DNA of 64,000 nucleotides, taken from NCBI GenBank assembly GCA_963833575.1, contig CAWHXY010000008.1, forward strand, positions 1 through 64,000, given 5' to 3'. A model generated the notes under the pieces. It had not been told where the DNA came from, did no database searches, and worked only from the letters and a program-made list of their open reading frames with translations. Position numbers and translations under genes: made by a program. This document shows, one piece after another, positions 51,212 to 62,530 of this stretch. Source of the stretch: Candidatus Bathyarchaeota archaeon. Lineage in GTDB: Archaea > Thermoproteota > Bathyarchaeia > Bathyarchaeales > Bathycorpusculaceae. Numbering within the stretch: the stretch's first letter is position 1; each line of letters starts with the position of its first letter.

Positions 51212-52537
51212 ATGGATATCTGGAATATCTTCGACTCTATGAATTCAGGTGTTTTTAAGAAGGCTAGAGATAGACTTCCCCTGAAATTACAAGGACTCGT
51301 GTGGAAAATTATGGATGCATTGAAATTTTTCAGTGCAAAATTATGGTTGATGATTACTAGTAAGAAAAACGTGCCAAATCCAGCGACGATTTACTGGATT
51401 TCTCCTAATAGAATTATTTACTTAACGAATTACAAAAAGGTTGACATTTCAGATCCGACGTCTCCACAAGAAAGTGTCTTTCCTAATAACATGCGTGGAA
51501 AGGTAATTGACGGAAATTGGGACATCGCTGATTTCAAATTTGCCGACGTCGATCACATGGATGCTTTCAAACAGAGGATAAAAGATGGCGCCGAGTGGGA
51601 AGATACTAGATTTTACAAGAGATTTCTTAAAGAAATTGAATCTGGCAGAACTGTTTGGAACATGAAGAACAAGAGTGATCTTGACCAACACTGCAGACAT
51701 CACGATGAACTTTACGAAAAAATAAAAAACGAAGGATACCATCTCAATATTGACAAAAGAACGAAGATTGCCTCAAATGAGATTGATGTAAACATTGGAC
51801 GAAATGGAGAATATCTTTTTCAAAATGGAGTTCATAGGCTTTCAATAGCGAAAACCCTCGAGATAAAATCAGTACCTGTGATGGTTTATGTAAGACACAA
51901 GCAATGGCAGGATTTCAGGGAACGCTTGATTGAATATGCTCGATTGGAACCCGAGGGAAAACTGTATCAACCACCGATTCACCCTGATCTCGCTGACATA
52001 CCATTTGAAAATCAGAAACATGAATGGCTGCGCCTCATGGAAACAATTGAAAAACACCTGTCAAAAAAGAATGGACTGATGCTTGATATAGGTGCAAATC
52101 TCGGTTTCTTTTGTCACAAATTCGAGGATATTGGCTATCGTTGCTACGCTATTGAACAAGAACTCGTGACATCTCAGATCGCGGAGAAAATTAGAATCGC
52201 TGAAGACAAAAAATTCACGATAATCAATAAGTCAATAATAGATGCCGAATTTGTAAGAACCACGGAATTTGACGTCGTACTAGCGCTGAATATTTTCCAT
52301 TGGTTCTTGCAGACAAAAACATCGTTTTTTCAACTCCAAGACTTACTGAAAGATCTAAAAACAACTGAAATGTTTTTTGAGCCACATCTGCAAAGCGAAA
52401 ATCAAATGAAAAACACATACATAAATTTTAATGAAACCGAATTCGTTGACTTCATGTTGCATCATACATCTCTGAACAAAGCCAGTCTAATATACACCGA
52501 CCCTTGCGGGAGACATGTCTTCAAGTTATCCAAATAG
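51212..52537 (+). CDS. ParB/sulfiredoxin-like domain fused to a class I SAM methyltransferase
   Basis: IDVNIGRNGEYLFQNGVHRLSIAK then LDIGANLGFF and DVVLALNIFH. Confidence 0.7.
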   Translation: MDIWNIFDSMNSGVFKKARDRLPLKLQGLVWKIMDALKFFSAKLWLMITSKKNVPNPATIYWISPNRIIYLTNYKKVDISDPTSPQESVFPNNMRGKVIDGNWDIADFKFADVDHMDAFKQRIKDGAEWEDTRFYKRFLKEIESGRTVWNMKNKSDLDQHCRHHDELYEKIKNEGYHLNIDKRTKIASNEIDVNIGRNGEYLFQNGVHRLSIAKTLEIKSVPVMVYVRHKQWQDFRERLIEYARLEPEGKLYQPPIHPDLADIPFENQKHEWLRLMETIEKHLSKKNGLMLDIGANLGFFCHKFEDIGYRCYAIEQELVTSQIAEKIRIAEDKKFTIINKSIIDAEFVRTTEFDVVLALNIFHWFLQTKTSFFQLQDLLKDLKTTEMFFEPHLQSENQMKNTYINFNETEFVDFMLHHTSLNKASLIYTDPCGRHVFKLSK

Positions 52538-52731
52538 GCAATTGATATAGTCATCAATGCTAAATTTGGCTCATAATTTTTTTGAGGAAAATAGATGACA
52601 TTAAAAGATGTTATTTCACAAATATCGAGATTAATATACATGAGATTACATAGTCGGACTCGGCTAAGTGAAGCCAAAAGAGAGCAAAACACTGCTGTCC
52701 CAAATTTACTATCAAACGAAATAGGCTGAGA

Positions 52732-53634
52732 GTGATTAAAATGAACACAAAAGTGACCATAGGATTATGCGTTAAGAACGGCGCGAAAATTGTGAAAACA
52801 GCTTTTAATAGTATTTCTATTCAAGATTATCCTCATGAATTGATGAAGTTGGTAATAGTTGATAATGGTAGTACTGATAACACTTTATCACTCGCGATGG
52901 AGTTTGCTCAAAAAACAGATATTAAGACTTTTGTTACATCCAACAAGGGCGGGCTTGGAGTCATTAGGCAGATCGCCGTAGATAATGCCGAAGGCGATTA
53001 TATAGTTTGGGTAGACGACGATCTTGTGCTCTCGAAAAATTTCGTGAAAAATCAGGTGGAGTTTATGGAAAAAAACCCAAATGTAGGTGCAGCAAAAGGT
53101 GCTGGTGCTCCTGTATCCAATCCGGCGACAATAATTGCCATAGCGTCGTATGGCAATATACTTGACGCTCACTCACAAAACCCGAAAAAAATCGGTACTG
53201 GAGGCGCTATTTTTCGACTTAAAGCTTTAGAAAGTGTAGGTGGGTTTGATGTTCGAATCAAAGGTGCAGGGGAAGACATAGATGTTTCGCGAAGAATAAC
53301 AGAGTCAGGATGGGCGTTGTCAGTTAATACTTCAGCAATACTCGACAAAAAGGATAAGCCGGCAACATTGAAAGCTTTGTGGAAAAAAAATCGTTGGTAT
53401 GGTTATGCGAGACACTTCCGCTTCCACAAGTATAAAGATCGACGGGAGCTGATTTACTACTTTCCACCTTTTGCACTATTAGGGGGATTCATGATGTCAT
53501 GTTCAATTTATCGCTTGACTAACATGAAAAAGGTATTTTTTTTCCCATTTCTCCATTCTTTTAGCATGACAGCCGATTATGTTGGGTTTATTCATGCTCA
53601 TCACGACGGGTATGGTCATGATAATACCAGTTAA
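52732..53634 (+). CDS. GT2 glycosyltransferase
   Basis: VDNGSTDNT, WVDDD, GGFD, GEDID. Confidence 0.9.
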   Translation: MIKMNTKVTIGLCVKNGAKIVKTAFNSISIQDYPHELMKLVIVDNGSTDNTLSLAMEFAQKTDIKTFVTSNKGGLGVIRQIAVDNAEGDYIVWVDDDLVLSKNFVKNQVEFMEKNPNVGAAKGAGAPVSNPATIIAIASYGNILDAHSQNPKKIGTGGAIFRLKALESVGGFDVRIKGAGEDIDVSRRITESGWALSVNTSAILDKKDKPATLKALWKKNRWYGYARHFRFHKYKDRRELIYYFPPFALLGGFMMSCSIYRLTNMKKVFFFPFLHSFSMTADYVGFIHAHHDGYGHDNTS

Positions 53635-53692
53635 GATCAAGATTCAATGCAATTTATAAAAATAGACCGCTTTTAATCACCCGATTCCGTGA

Positions 53693-55168
53693 TCAATAGT
53701 TTGCGGTGTAAATCGCATTCGATGATGGGACTGTTATTGTGTGTGTTTGTGTTCCGTTGTCTGACCAGCTGGTGAAGTTTTGTCCTTGAATGTTGTTTGC
53801 TGTTAGTGTGTATGTGGTTCCAACTTTGGCTTGGAATGTGTAGGGTATCCATTTTTGTGCTACATTATTTACCGATATGGATCCAGGTTCGATGGTTGAA
53901 GCTGTTACTGTTATGGTTACTATAGATGGCACTTCATAGGTAGTGTCCGTTCCGCTATCAGAAATTTTAGTTGTGCATCCGCTGAAAATATTGCCATAAA
54001 CAGTATTATTTGAACACTTTCCATGAATCATTATCCCTGTTGGAGCTTTCGTAATAGTATTGAATTCCACGATATTGTAAGAAGAAGACGGATTATTAGC
54101 TAAATCTATAGCACCACCACTATAACGCGCATTATCGCAATTTGTAAGAGTATTTCCGGAGATTATGCAATTGGTTGCGCCATTACTTGTGCTGCATTCA
54201 GCTAATTCAATTCCTCTTCCAACGTTGATTATTGTATTATTTGCGATTAAGTCGTTTGCGCCGGCTTCGACTGCGATGCCCCAGTAAGAGTTTCCGTAGC
54301 CATACATTGGGCATGATGTGCTGCTGCAGTCGTGAACGTAATTTCCAGTCATGGTTGTGTTTTCGCCTTGGGCATCTACTGCGACGTCGCTGCAGCCGTA
54401 GACTACGTTATTTATGAAGTAATCATTGGTTGATGTCGGGTCGTCTGATATGCCGTTGGCGCCGCAGTTGTAGACGGTGCAGTCTATGACTCCGTTGTTG
54501 TTTCCGGCTTCTTCGTATGCTGCAATTATTCCGAAGCAGCGGACATTGTAAACAGTGCAATTGTAGATTATGTCGTTGTTGCCGCTGTATGTTATTCCAT
54601 CATTGAAGTTTGATCCGGTGAGCATAGTTTTGGCAGAGGGCAATTGGTTTAGTCCGTTTCCGTTTATTGTTGCTCCTGTTACGGTTACGAAGTTGCCGTA
54701 TATCCACATGATTTTGGTGTTTAGGTTGTTGATGGCTGTTAGGACTGCGCCTGGTTGGAATGTTACTGTGACGCTGTTGATGTTGATGTTCCATGTTGCG
54801 TCTACTGTGTATGCGCCGCTTTTGATGCAGATGGTGTTGTCGCTGGTGGCTTTTCCTGTTGTTCCTAGTAGGTAGTTGAATGCTGTGCTGGAGCTTGTGC
54901 TTGTGTAGATTGGGGTGTTGGCGGAGTTTAGTATTTGGTAGTTTGAGCCTGAGGTGTCCATGGTGTAGGAGTATGTTCCTGTTGGAGTTAGTGTGGATGT
55001 TGGATTAGGTGTTGGAGTTAGGGTTGGTGTTAGCGGAACCTGCATATTTCTATGATAAAATGTCGTTGCTGTTGCAACGACTGCAAAAGCTACAATCAAT
55101 GATACGGCTAATGCAATTACTTTCTTCTTATCCATTTTTACCAACCAAATATAGGCAGGAAAATCCAC
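53693..55168 (-). CDS. Secreted right-handed parallel beta-helix (pectin lyase-like) protein, paralogue 1
   Basis: N-terminal hydrophobic helix, Asn/Cys ladder repeats, C-terminal FTSWSD domain. Confidence 0.82.
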   Translation of the reverse strand: MDFPAYIWLVKMDKKKVIALAVSLIVAFAVVATATTFYHRNMQVPLTPTLTPTPNPTSTLTPTGTYSYTMDTSGSNYQILNSANTPIYTSTSSSTAFNYLLGTTGKATSDNTICIKSGAYTVDATWNININSVTVTFQPGAVLTAINNLNTKIMWIYGNFVTVTGATINGNGLNQLPSAKTMLTGSNFNDGITYSGNNDIIYNCTVYNVRCFGIIAAYEEAGNNNGVIDCTVYNCGANGISDDPTSTNDYFINNVVYGCSDVAVDAQGENTTMTGNYVHDCSSTSCPMYGYGNSYWGIAVEAGANDLIANNTIINVGRGIELAECSTSNGATNCIISGNTLTNCDNARYSGGAIDLANNPSSSYNIVEFNTITKAPTGIMIHGKCSNNTVYGNIFSGCTTKISDSGTDTTYEVPSIVTITVTASTIEPGSISVNNVAQKWIPYTFQAKVGTTYTLTANNIQGQNFTSWSDNGTQTHTITVPSSNAIYTANY

Positions 55169-55454
55169 TTTTATTGATTCCTTGCTATTACCTCATAACT
55201 TAAGCTTTAGAATTAGCATAGTTCACACTATATAAGTACTATCATTCAAGTAATCAATTAACTTTCTTTATTAAACATAACACTAACATGCTGTCCTGAA
55301 AAAGTTCTCAAGTCTTAAATGGTCAGACTCGGGTTAAGGCTGCAGATAAATGTTGAAGGCGAGTACAAGTGGTAAACGCTGATACAAAATGAGGACAGAA
55401 AACCATAAAAGAATTAAACCTATACTAAAAAAAGTACGCTGAAGATGTGATGAT

Positions 55455-56630
55455 TTGAAGATTTGCCTTACGTATCCTTTTTATCTTCCATACATTGGAG
55501 GCATAGAACTGCATATGAGTGAATTAGCCTCATATTTGGCTGGGCAAGGTCATGAGGTCTGTATTTTTACTTCTATGTTGAAAAAGGATTTGTTCAAAAC
55601 TAATTATGCATTGAAGTTCAATGAGTCTTTGAGACAGCCAGAAACTGAGCATGATAACAGTATTGTTATACGACGATTTAATCCTGAAATTTATTTACCG
55701 CGTGGAACACCAGCTACTTTACAGTTTTTGTTTGAGTATTCTGAGGCTTTCAGACGGTTCAAAGCCAAGAATCATTTTGATATTATACATTGGCACAGCT
55801 TTCAGAAAGGCGCGATAAATCTTCTTATGGGTTCTGGTTCCCAAACTAATAACATTTTAACTCTTCATGGACAATTTTACCCTGCTAATGATCCTTTCTT
55901 TTATAAGCGGGTCTTTATGAGATCGGTTCTTAACAAAATTGATGGTATAATCTGCATCAGCAAGGAGTGCCTGATGGATGCACTTAAATGCAATATCGAA
56001 GAAAACAAGCTGTATCTTCTTTCAAATTGGGTGGATACTGACCTCTTTAAGCCGGTGCAAAAACAATCTTCTCAAGACGACGTTAACTGTGTTCTTTACG
56101 TTGGAAGAATGGTTAAAGAAAAAGGAGTAGATGTGTTAATTGTAGCGCTAAGTGATCTCTTGAAAGAAGGAGTAAAAGTAAAAGCACTTTTGGTGGGCGA
56201 TGGACCTGATTTACCCTATTTTATTCACTTAGCAAAACAATTAGGTATTGATAAGAATGTTGTTTTTACAGGAAACGTGCCTATTGGAAAAACGGCGTTA
56301 TACTATTCAATGGCTGATATTTTTGTTTTAATGTCCACTCATGAACCACAGGGCAGAGTTTTGCTTGAAGCTATGAGTGCCGGGATACCTGTGATAGCCT
56401 TCAAAAGTGAAGGTGTTGCCGAAATCGTTCCTCCTGATGCGGGCATTTTATTAGAGGATAGAAGCGCTAGCGCTGTAAAAGATGCTATTCATCAATTACT
56501 GACCGATGAGAGAAAAAAAAGGAAAATGCGCGAGAACGGCCGAAAGTTCGTAGTCCAAAATTACGGCATGAAAGTTGTCTTGCCAAAAATCGAAAAAATT
56601 TATGAATCTGTAAGAACTATCGGATCTTAA
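55455..56630 (+). CDS. GT4 glycosyltransferase
   Basis: GGIE, GRMVKEKG, EPQGRVLLEAMSAG. Confidence 0.92.
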   Translation: MKICLTYPFYLPYIGGIELHMSELASYLAGQGHEVCIFTSMLKKDLFKTNYALKFNESLRQPETEHDNSIVIRRFNPEIYLPRGTPATLQFLFEYSEAFRRFKAKNHFDIIHWHSFQKGAINLLMGSGSQTNNILTLHGQFYPANDPFFYKRVFMRSVLNKIDGIICISKECLMDALKCNIEENKLYLLSNWVDTDLFKPVQKQSSQDDVNCVLYVGRMVKEKGVDVLIVALSDLLKEGVKVKALLVGDGPDLPYFIHLAKQLGIDKNVVFTGNVPIGKTALYYSMADIFVLMSTHEPQGRVLLEAMSAGIPVIAFKSEGVAEIVPPDAGILLEDRSASAVKDAIHQLLTDERKKRKMRENGRKFVVQNYGMKVVLPKIEKIYESVRTIGS

Positions 56631-56982
56631 ATGCCTAGTAAAATCAGTTGTTCTTTTTTCTTCTTTTAATTTCTTTTTTCCAAATCTGCCTTTTTGTATT
56701 TACAGGTAATTTTTTCTAGATAGTTTCCTGTCACAGTCGATGTAATCAAGAACTCGCTCAAAAGACTTTTTTTCAATCTTTTTACTTTGATATTGTCGTA
56801 ATCTCCTGGTTTGTCAGAACTTTGAAAGTACGATTTTTGCTGCTTTTGATATTCATTTAAGAAGTAACTTGTGTGTTAATGTACTTGAGGACGGTTAATC
56901 TTAGCTCCAACTAATTGTCAGAGTATTTAACCTTGCTTCACCAATTAATTTTAAGGAAAAAAGCAAGTGACTAGGGAAAAAC

Positions 56983-59322
56983 GTGAAAGTTAACTTCAGT
57001 AAATTAAGTGAAATTCAAAAAATCGCTATTACCTTATTCTTAGTTTGTATTCTTGTTTTCAGTGGAGGGATCCTTACGGGAAAATTCCTTTTCGCCACAA
57101 GTAGCGCCTCCACTCTTCTAAACTATTATTTGCACCAATCAACCGCGCCCTATCAATACATGATAGTGACCAACAATAACGGCGGGTATTTTGCCATTAA
57201 TGGAACAGACGGTTCATGGGTCACATCTTGGGCATCAACAAACCTAACGCAGACAGAACAGGACGCGGTTAAAGCGAAAACCGGAAACAGCACCATAATA
57301 CTAAATCAACTCCAATGGGAACCAGCCATAGAAATCCCAATAGGCGTTTTGGTTTGGGCGAATTACGGAGGAAAACTACCAACACTTTGGGACAGCACCG
57401 GCGAAATATCCCTTGTGGGTGCTGCAGGACCAAGAGGACCGACGGGTGCCACTGGACCACAAGGGGCGACGGGAGCAACCGGCGCGACAGGACCGCAAGG
57501 AATACAAGGAGCAGCTGGAACCAACGGAACAATCGGCGCGACATGGTGGTACGGCTCAATAATACCTTCTAGTGAAACTGGAAACGATGGCGACTTATAC
57601 ATCAACACAGCAAACGGCTACGTTTACGCAAAAATCTCAGGGACTTGGACCTACCAAACAAATCTAACAGGGTCTCAAGGAATACAAGGCATTCAAGGCG
57701 TACAGGGAGTTGCAGGAGCTATCGCAGTCGTAATCCAACCTTATTCTTACCTGATCTACTATAATTCTACTAACCGTGAATATATGGTGCAAAATGGAAC
57801 CAATGGGGCAATTATAAACAGCTGGTCCTCAACAGTGGACGCCTCATCAGTAATCCAAGACTGCGTTTCAGCAATAAACTCGTCTGGGCATACAGGCATC
57901 ATAGATTTTGCTCAAGGAGGCTTTTATCCCGCTGACAACCTGAATATAACTGGTGGAGTAACCTTTTCTGGTGCAGGCGCAGTATCCAGCGCGACAACAA
58001 CATCTGCAACCATTCTCCAAGATGGACCCAATAACCTGATGAATTTCAATCAAGCAACCACTGACTTCGCATTCACTATGAAAGATATAACTCTACAAGG
58101 CGACTATCATACTTATTCAACAGGAAGCGGATTATATATTACACCAAAAGGCTCTGGAGCATTAAATGATGTTTTTCTGCAAAGAGTATTCATGCTATAT
58201 TTTCCTGCATATGCCATTTATACTACAACTACTTGGGGCTGGATGATTTCAAACAGCATCTTTGAATATAACTGTGTAAATGCCACATCTGACTATGCAA
58301 TTTATTTTGCAAGCCTTGGAAGTAACCAAGCTGATTTAGGATACAGCAAAATCTTGACGAATTATGGCGGTGGCATCTATAGTAAATCTGCCACCATGAT
58401 AATCACTGAAAACCAAATAGGAGGAAACATTGGCTACGGAGCTTACTTGAATAACGGTTTTATAACTTTTGATTCAAACCAAGTTTACAGCAATACGCTC
58501 GGTGGAATATATGTCGCTTCATCTTATGACACAATTTCTAACAACGAAATTGACTCCAATCCTGGCGGGGGAATATTCCTCACTGGTTACGCTGGTGAAA
58601 TAGTAGGAAATACACTATACCAAAATGGCGGCTCACAAATTGTGGCTACAGGAACAGACACAACAATAGCTTCTAACTCTATCAATGGCGGTTTAGGGCA
58701 AGGATTAACTATCAATGCTTCTAGCTGCACTATCGAAAACAATGTTCTTGACGGAAACGGCAATTTATCAATCATTCAAGCACTTCTAAATGGAGCAAAC
58801 TGCACAGTTTCCGGAAACGTCTTCGATGGTAGCGGTATAAGCGGGGGAGGCTTAGAAATTATAGGCGTACCATCGCAAACAGGCAATATGGTTACAAACA
58901 ACATCTTTGAGAAAAATGTAGGCACTGATTTCAGCTTTAACAATAACGCAATATACCTAGACAGATGTTATGCACCAACAACAATCAGAGATAACAGTGG
59001 CTTAAACCTTCTTAGTGCATCACCTAAACTATTTTGGATAAATGGCGTAGGCTACATTCAAGCTTATGGAAAAGATCTTTTCTATGGAGTCGGGAACGCA
59101 ACCTCAACATGGATTACGGGTCAAACATACACAGTCACAGGCTTTGATGTCAATGTCTACTTAGTAGGCGGGGGCTCAAATGATACAGTTTCAATAAACG
59201 GCATCACAATTGTTAGTACAGCCCAAATAACCACGCTCTCAATACCTGCACCCGTAGGAACAACTATAACGATAACATGCAACTCAATGCCAATGATAGC
59301 TATAGTTCCCGTTCCACAATAG
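56983..59322 (+). CDS. Membrane-anchored collagen-repeat plus beta-helix protein resembling phage tail fibre/tailspike modules
   Basis: N-terminal TM; GPTGATGPQG triplets flanking a GNDGDLYINT...W motif; long NxIxxN beta-helix. Confidence 0.78.
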   Translation: MKVNFSKLSEIQKIAITLFLVCILVFSGGILTGKFLFATSSASTLLNYYLHQSTAPYQYMIVTNNNGGYFAINGTDGSWVTSWASTNLTQTEQDAVKAKTGNSTIILNQLQWEPAIEIPIGVLVWANYGGKLPTLWDSTGEISLVGAAGPRGPTGATGPQGATGATGATGPQGIQGAAGTNGTIGATWWYGSIIPSSETGNDGDLYINTANGYVYAKISGTWTYQTNLTGSQGIQGIQGVQGVAGAIAVVIQPYSYLIYYNSTNREYMVQNGTNGAIINSWSSTVDASSVIQDCVSAINSSGHTGIIDFAQGGFYPADNLNITGGVTFSGAGAVSSATTTSATILQDGPNNLMNFNQATTDFAFTMKDITLQGDYHTYSTGSGLYITPKGSGALNDVFLQRVFMLYFPAYAIYTTTTWGWMISNSIFEYNCVNATSDYAIYFASLGSNQADLGYSKILTNYGGGIYSKSATMIITENQIGGNIGYGAYLNNGFITFDSNQVYSNTLGGIYVASSYDTISNNEIDSNPGGGIFLTGYAGEIVGNTLYQNGGSQIVATGTDTTIASNSINGGLGQGLTINASSCTIENNVLDGNGNLSIIQALLNGANCTVSGNVFDGSGISGGGLEIIGVPSQTGNMVTNNIFEKNVGTDFSFNNNAIYLDRCYAPTTIRDNSGLNLLSASPKLFWINGVGYIQAYGKDLFYGVGNATSTWITGQTYTVTGFDVNVYLVGGGSNDTVSINGITIVSTAQITTLSIPAPVGTTITITCNSMPMIAIVPVPQ

Positions 59323-59795
59323 GTTAAAAAAATACATCGGTTCTTAACTTTTGATTCTCCTACAACTCCTGCTACACTGCCTTGTCCCAAGCGTTGAATT
59401 AGCTGGGTGAAACTGCTTTTTCTTGTCTTCTAATTTTTTCAGCTTTTTCCTGTTCAGAAACAAGCATAATATGCCGAATAGTGCAATAGGTGCAATGTGT
59501 TACGAGTCTGTAGTCTTGTTCATTGCCGTATTGAACTTTTAAGTAGCTATTTACCGCTTAACGAGTGTTTCTTCTCGTTCTGGTTAGCGGATGCAAAAAG
59601 AAATGATAGTGTAAGCGCCTTTCAGAGTTAATTGGCAAACGAAGTTTTGTGCCTAAAACGAAAGTTCTGCCTGCCGTCCAACCTTCTGCTTCCCACACAT
59701 AGCTATAACTCTTTATGTCACATATCCCAAAAAAAACATTCATTACTCTTAAACAAGGTTTTTATGTTAGCGATTGGTTAAGGCTCGGAGCTTTG

Positions 59796-60696
59796 GTGAC
59801 CTAAAACGGAACAATTTCTTGAACATTATCGCGCTGATTTTCTTGAAGTCCTTGCACACCAGAAACTATTTGGGTATTTTTTGATCCTTTGGGGTGCATA
59901 TTTCATTGCCGCGGTAGTCCAAGACCCATTCGTGGATTCGGCGCCTAGTTTTGGCTATTTGGAAACCGCCTATGCAGTTGTAAACATAATTTTTAGTCTG
60001 ATAATCCTTGTAACTGCGGTGGTACTGGTGTTTCTGGGACGGAACGTTTTAAGAAGCAATTCAATATCTTCGGCGAAACAGAAACTGCTTGGGTATTTTC
60101 TGGTTCTTTGGGGTGCAGGGTGGTTCTTAAACGCCATTTTGAATGTGTTGCCTAATTATGGTTATTGGAAAACCGCAAGCACAGGGGTGTTCATCATTTT
60201 GAGTCTGATATACCTTGTAACTGCGGTGGTACTGGTGTTTCTGGGACGGAACGTTTTAAGAAGCAATTCAATATCTTCGGCGAAACAGAAACTGCTTGGG
60301 TATTTTCTGGTTCTTTGGGGTATAATATTCTTTGTCACTCCAGTCGAACAGTCATTGTATAGTCATAATTTAGGCATCGCATACACAGGGTCATCGATCA
60401 TTTTGAGTCTGATATACCTTGTAACTGCGGTGGTACTGGTGTTTCTGGGACGGAACGTTTTAAGAAGCAATTCAATATCTTCGGCGAAACAGAAACTGCT
60501 TGGGTATTTTCTGGTTCTTTGGGGTGCAGGGTGGTTCTTAAACGCCATCCTAAATGCGTTTTACAGTTATGGTTATTGGAAAAACCTAGACTCAGATTAT
60601 AACATCATTGCATATGCGGTATTCCTTGCCACTGCGGCGGTGCTGGTATTGCTGGGACGTAAAGTTTTAGGAAACAAGACAGACAAATCATCTTGA
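59796..60696 (+). CDS. Repeat-containing multi-pass membrane protein; probable single-base frameshift just after a GTG start at 59796
   Basis: Three identical LVTAVVLVFLGRNVLRSNSISSAKQKLLGYFLVLWG blocks; frame is open from 59800 (KTEQFLEHYRADFLEVLAHQKLFGYF), upstream of the listed start 59881. Confidence 0.65.
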
Positions 60697-60883
60697 CAAA
60701 GCAGACCAATGGAAAACACATGCTTTTTCTATTTATACTATTTCTATAAAAGACCCGAAGAAAATGTAAGAACTAGGTGTTTTCCATAGATTTTCGTATG
60801 TTTACTGCTCTGACTTTGGTTGTCGAAGCTGACGTCAAAAAATCAGGTGTCATTGTTGTGGTAGGTGTTGGACTACCATCTGA

Positions 60884-62530
60884 TCAATAGTTTGCGGTGT
60901 AAATCGCATTCGATGATGGGACTGTTATTGTGTGTGTTTGTGTTCCGTTGTCTGACCAGCTGGTGAAGTTTTGTCCTTGAATGTTGTTTGCTGTTAGTGT
61001 GTATGTGGTTCCAACTTTGGCTTGGAATGTGTAGGGTATCCATTTTTGTGCTACATTGTTTACGGATATGGATCCAGATGCATTAGGTGAAGATGTAACT
61101 GTTATAGCTACTATGGATGGCGCTGTGGTTGTAATGGTTCCTGTTCCTGAATTAGAATAATTTGTTGTGCAACCGAAATATGTGTTTCCGTAAACTGTAT
61201 TGCTCGCACCGGTTGAACTTATGCCAATACCTAATATTGCTGTCGTAATAGTGTTAAACTCTATAATGTCATGTGCGGCATTAGTATAAATAGCGGCAGC
61301 ATAGCCTTCACTCGCTGGATGACAGTTTGTGAAAGTGTTTCCAGAAATTAAAACATAACTGCACCCATCGGTTACGTATATTCCTACACCACAATTAAGT
61401 GCTGTGTTTCCAGCTACAAGTTCGTATTGATTGCTTGTGCCTCCGCCAACTTCAACTGAAATAGCCCAGTAAGAGTTTCCGTAGCCATACATTGGGCATG
61501 ATGTGCTGCTGCAGTCGTGAACGTAATTTCCAGTCATGGTTGTGTTTTCGCCTTGGGCATCTACTCCAACGTCGCTGCAGCCGTAGACTACGTTATTTAT
61601 GAAGTAGCTGTTGGTTGATGTCGGGTCGTCTGATATGCCGTTGGCGCCGCAGTTGTAGACGGTGCAGTCTATGACTCCGTTGTTGTTTCCGCCTTCTTCG
61701 TATGCCGCAATTATTCCGAAGCAGCGGACATTATAAACAGTGCAATTATAAATTACAACATTATCTCCACTAAACGTTATGCCGTCATTAAAGTTAGCTC
61801 CATCATTATAGTTAACTAACAGGACATCAGCAGCAGGAGTTTGTTTTAGTCCGTTTCCGTTTATTGTTGCTCCTGTTACGGTGACGTTGTTGCTGTATAT
61901 CCACATGACTTCGTTTCCAGTACCGCTGAAGGGAACTGCTGTTAGGACTGCGCCTGGTTGGAATGTTACTGTGACGCTGTTGATGTTGATGTTCCATGTT
62001 GCGTCTACTGTGTATGCGCCGCTTTTGATGCAGATGGTGTTGTCGCTGGTGGCTTTTCCTGTTGTTCCTAGTAGGTAGTTGAATGCTGTGCTGGAGCTTG
62101 TGCTTGTGTAGATTGGGGTGTTGGCGGAGTTTAGTATTTGGTAGTTTGAGCCTGAGGTGTCCATGGTGTAGGAGTATGTTCCTGTTGGTGTGGCGGTTGG
62201 TGTTGGTGTTGGTGTGGCGGTTGGTGTTGGTGTTGGTGTGGCGGTTGGTGTTGGTGTTGGTGTGGCGGTTGGTGTTGGTGTTGGTGTGGCGGTTGGTGTT
62301 GGTGTTGGTGTGGCGGTTGGTGTTGGTGTTGGTGTGGCGGTTGGTGTTGGTGTTGGTGTGGCGGTTGGTGTTGGTGTTGGTGTGGCGGTTGGTGTCTGCG
62401 AAGAAGTAAGTTGGACAACTCCGGTTGATTGGAGGGTGAAAGAAGTTTGTATAGATGCGTTGCCTGCGTTCACATAGAACGCTGCAAAAACAATGATGAT
62501 TGCAAAGGCGACTAAGGCTTGCTTTTTCAT
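60884..62530 (-). CDS. Secreted beta-helix protein, paralogue 2, with long Pro/Thr linker
   Basis: Signal peptide MKKQALV; blocks identical to 53693..55168. Confidence 0.85.
   Translation of the reverse strand: MKKQALVAFAIIIVFAAFYVNAGNASIQTSFTLQSTGVVQLTSSQTPTATPTPTPTATPTPTPTATPTPTPTATPTPTPTATPTPTPTATPTPTPTATPTPTPTATPTPTPTATPTGTYSYTMDTSGSNYQILNSANTPIYTSTSSSTAFNYLLGTTGKATSDNTICIKSGAYTVDATWNININSVTVTFQPGAVLTAVPFSGTGNEVMWIYSNNVTVTGATINGNGLKQTPAADVLLVNYNDGANFNDGITFSGDNVVIYNCTVYNVRCFGIIAAYEEGGNNNGVIDCTVYNCGANGISDDPTSTNSYFINNVVYGCSDVGVDAQGENTTMTGNYVHDCSSTSCPMYGYGNSYWAISVEVGGGTSNQYELVAGNTALNCGVGIYVTDGCSYVLISGNTFTNCHPASEGYAAAIYTNAAHDIIEFNTITTAILGIGISSTGASNTVYGNTYFGCTTNYSNSGTGTITTTAPSIVAITVTSSPNASGSISVNNVAQKWIPYTFQAKVGTTYTLTANNIQGQNFTSWSDNGTQTHTITVPSSNAIYTANY
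62184..62395 (-). repeat. 24-bp coding tandem repeat, about nine copies (PTATPTPT)
   Basis: gttggtgtggcggttggtgttggt repeated. Confidence 0.95.

Noticed and set aside
59990-60550. CRISPR-like repeat-spacer pattern
   Set aside because: Repeats are ~120 bp, in frame, and encode TM helices
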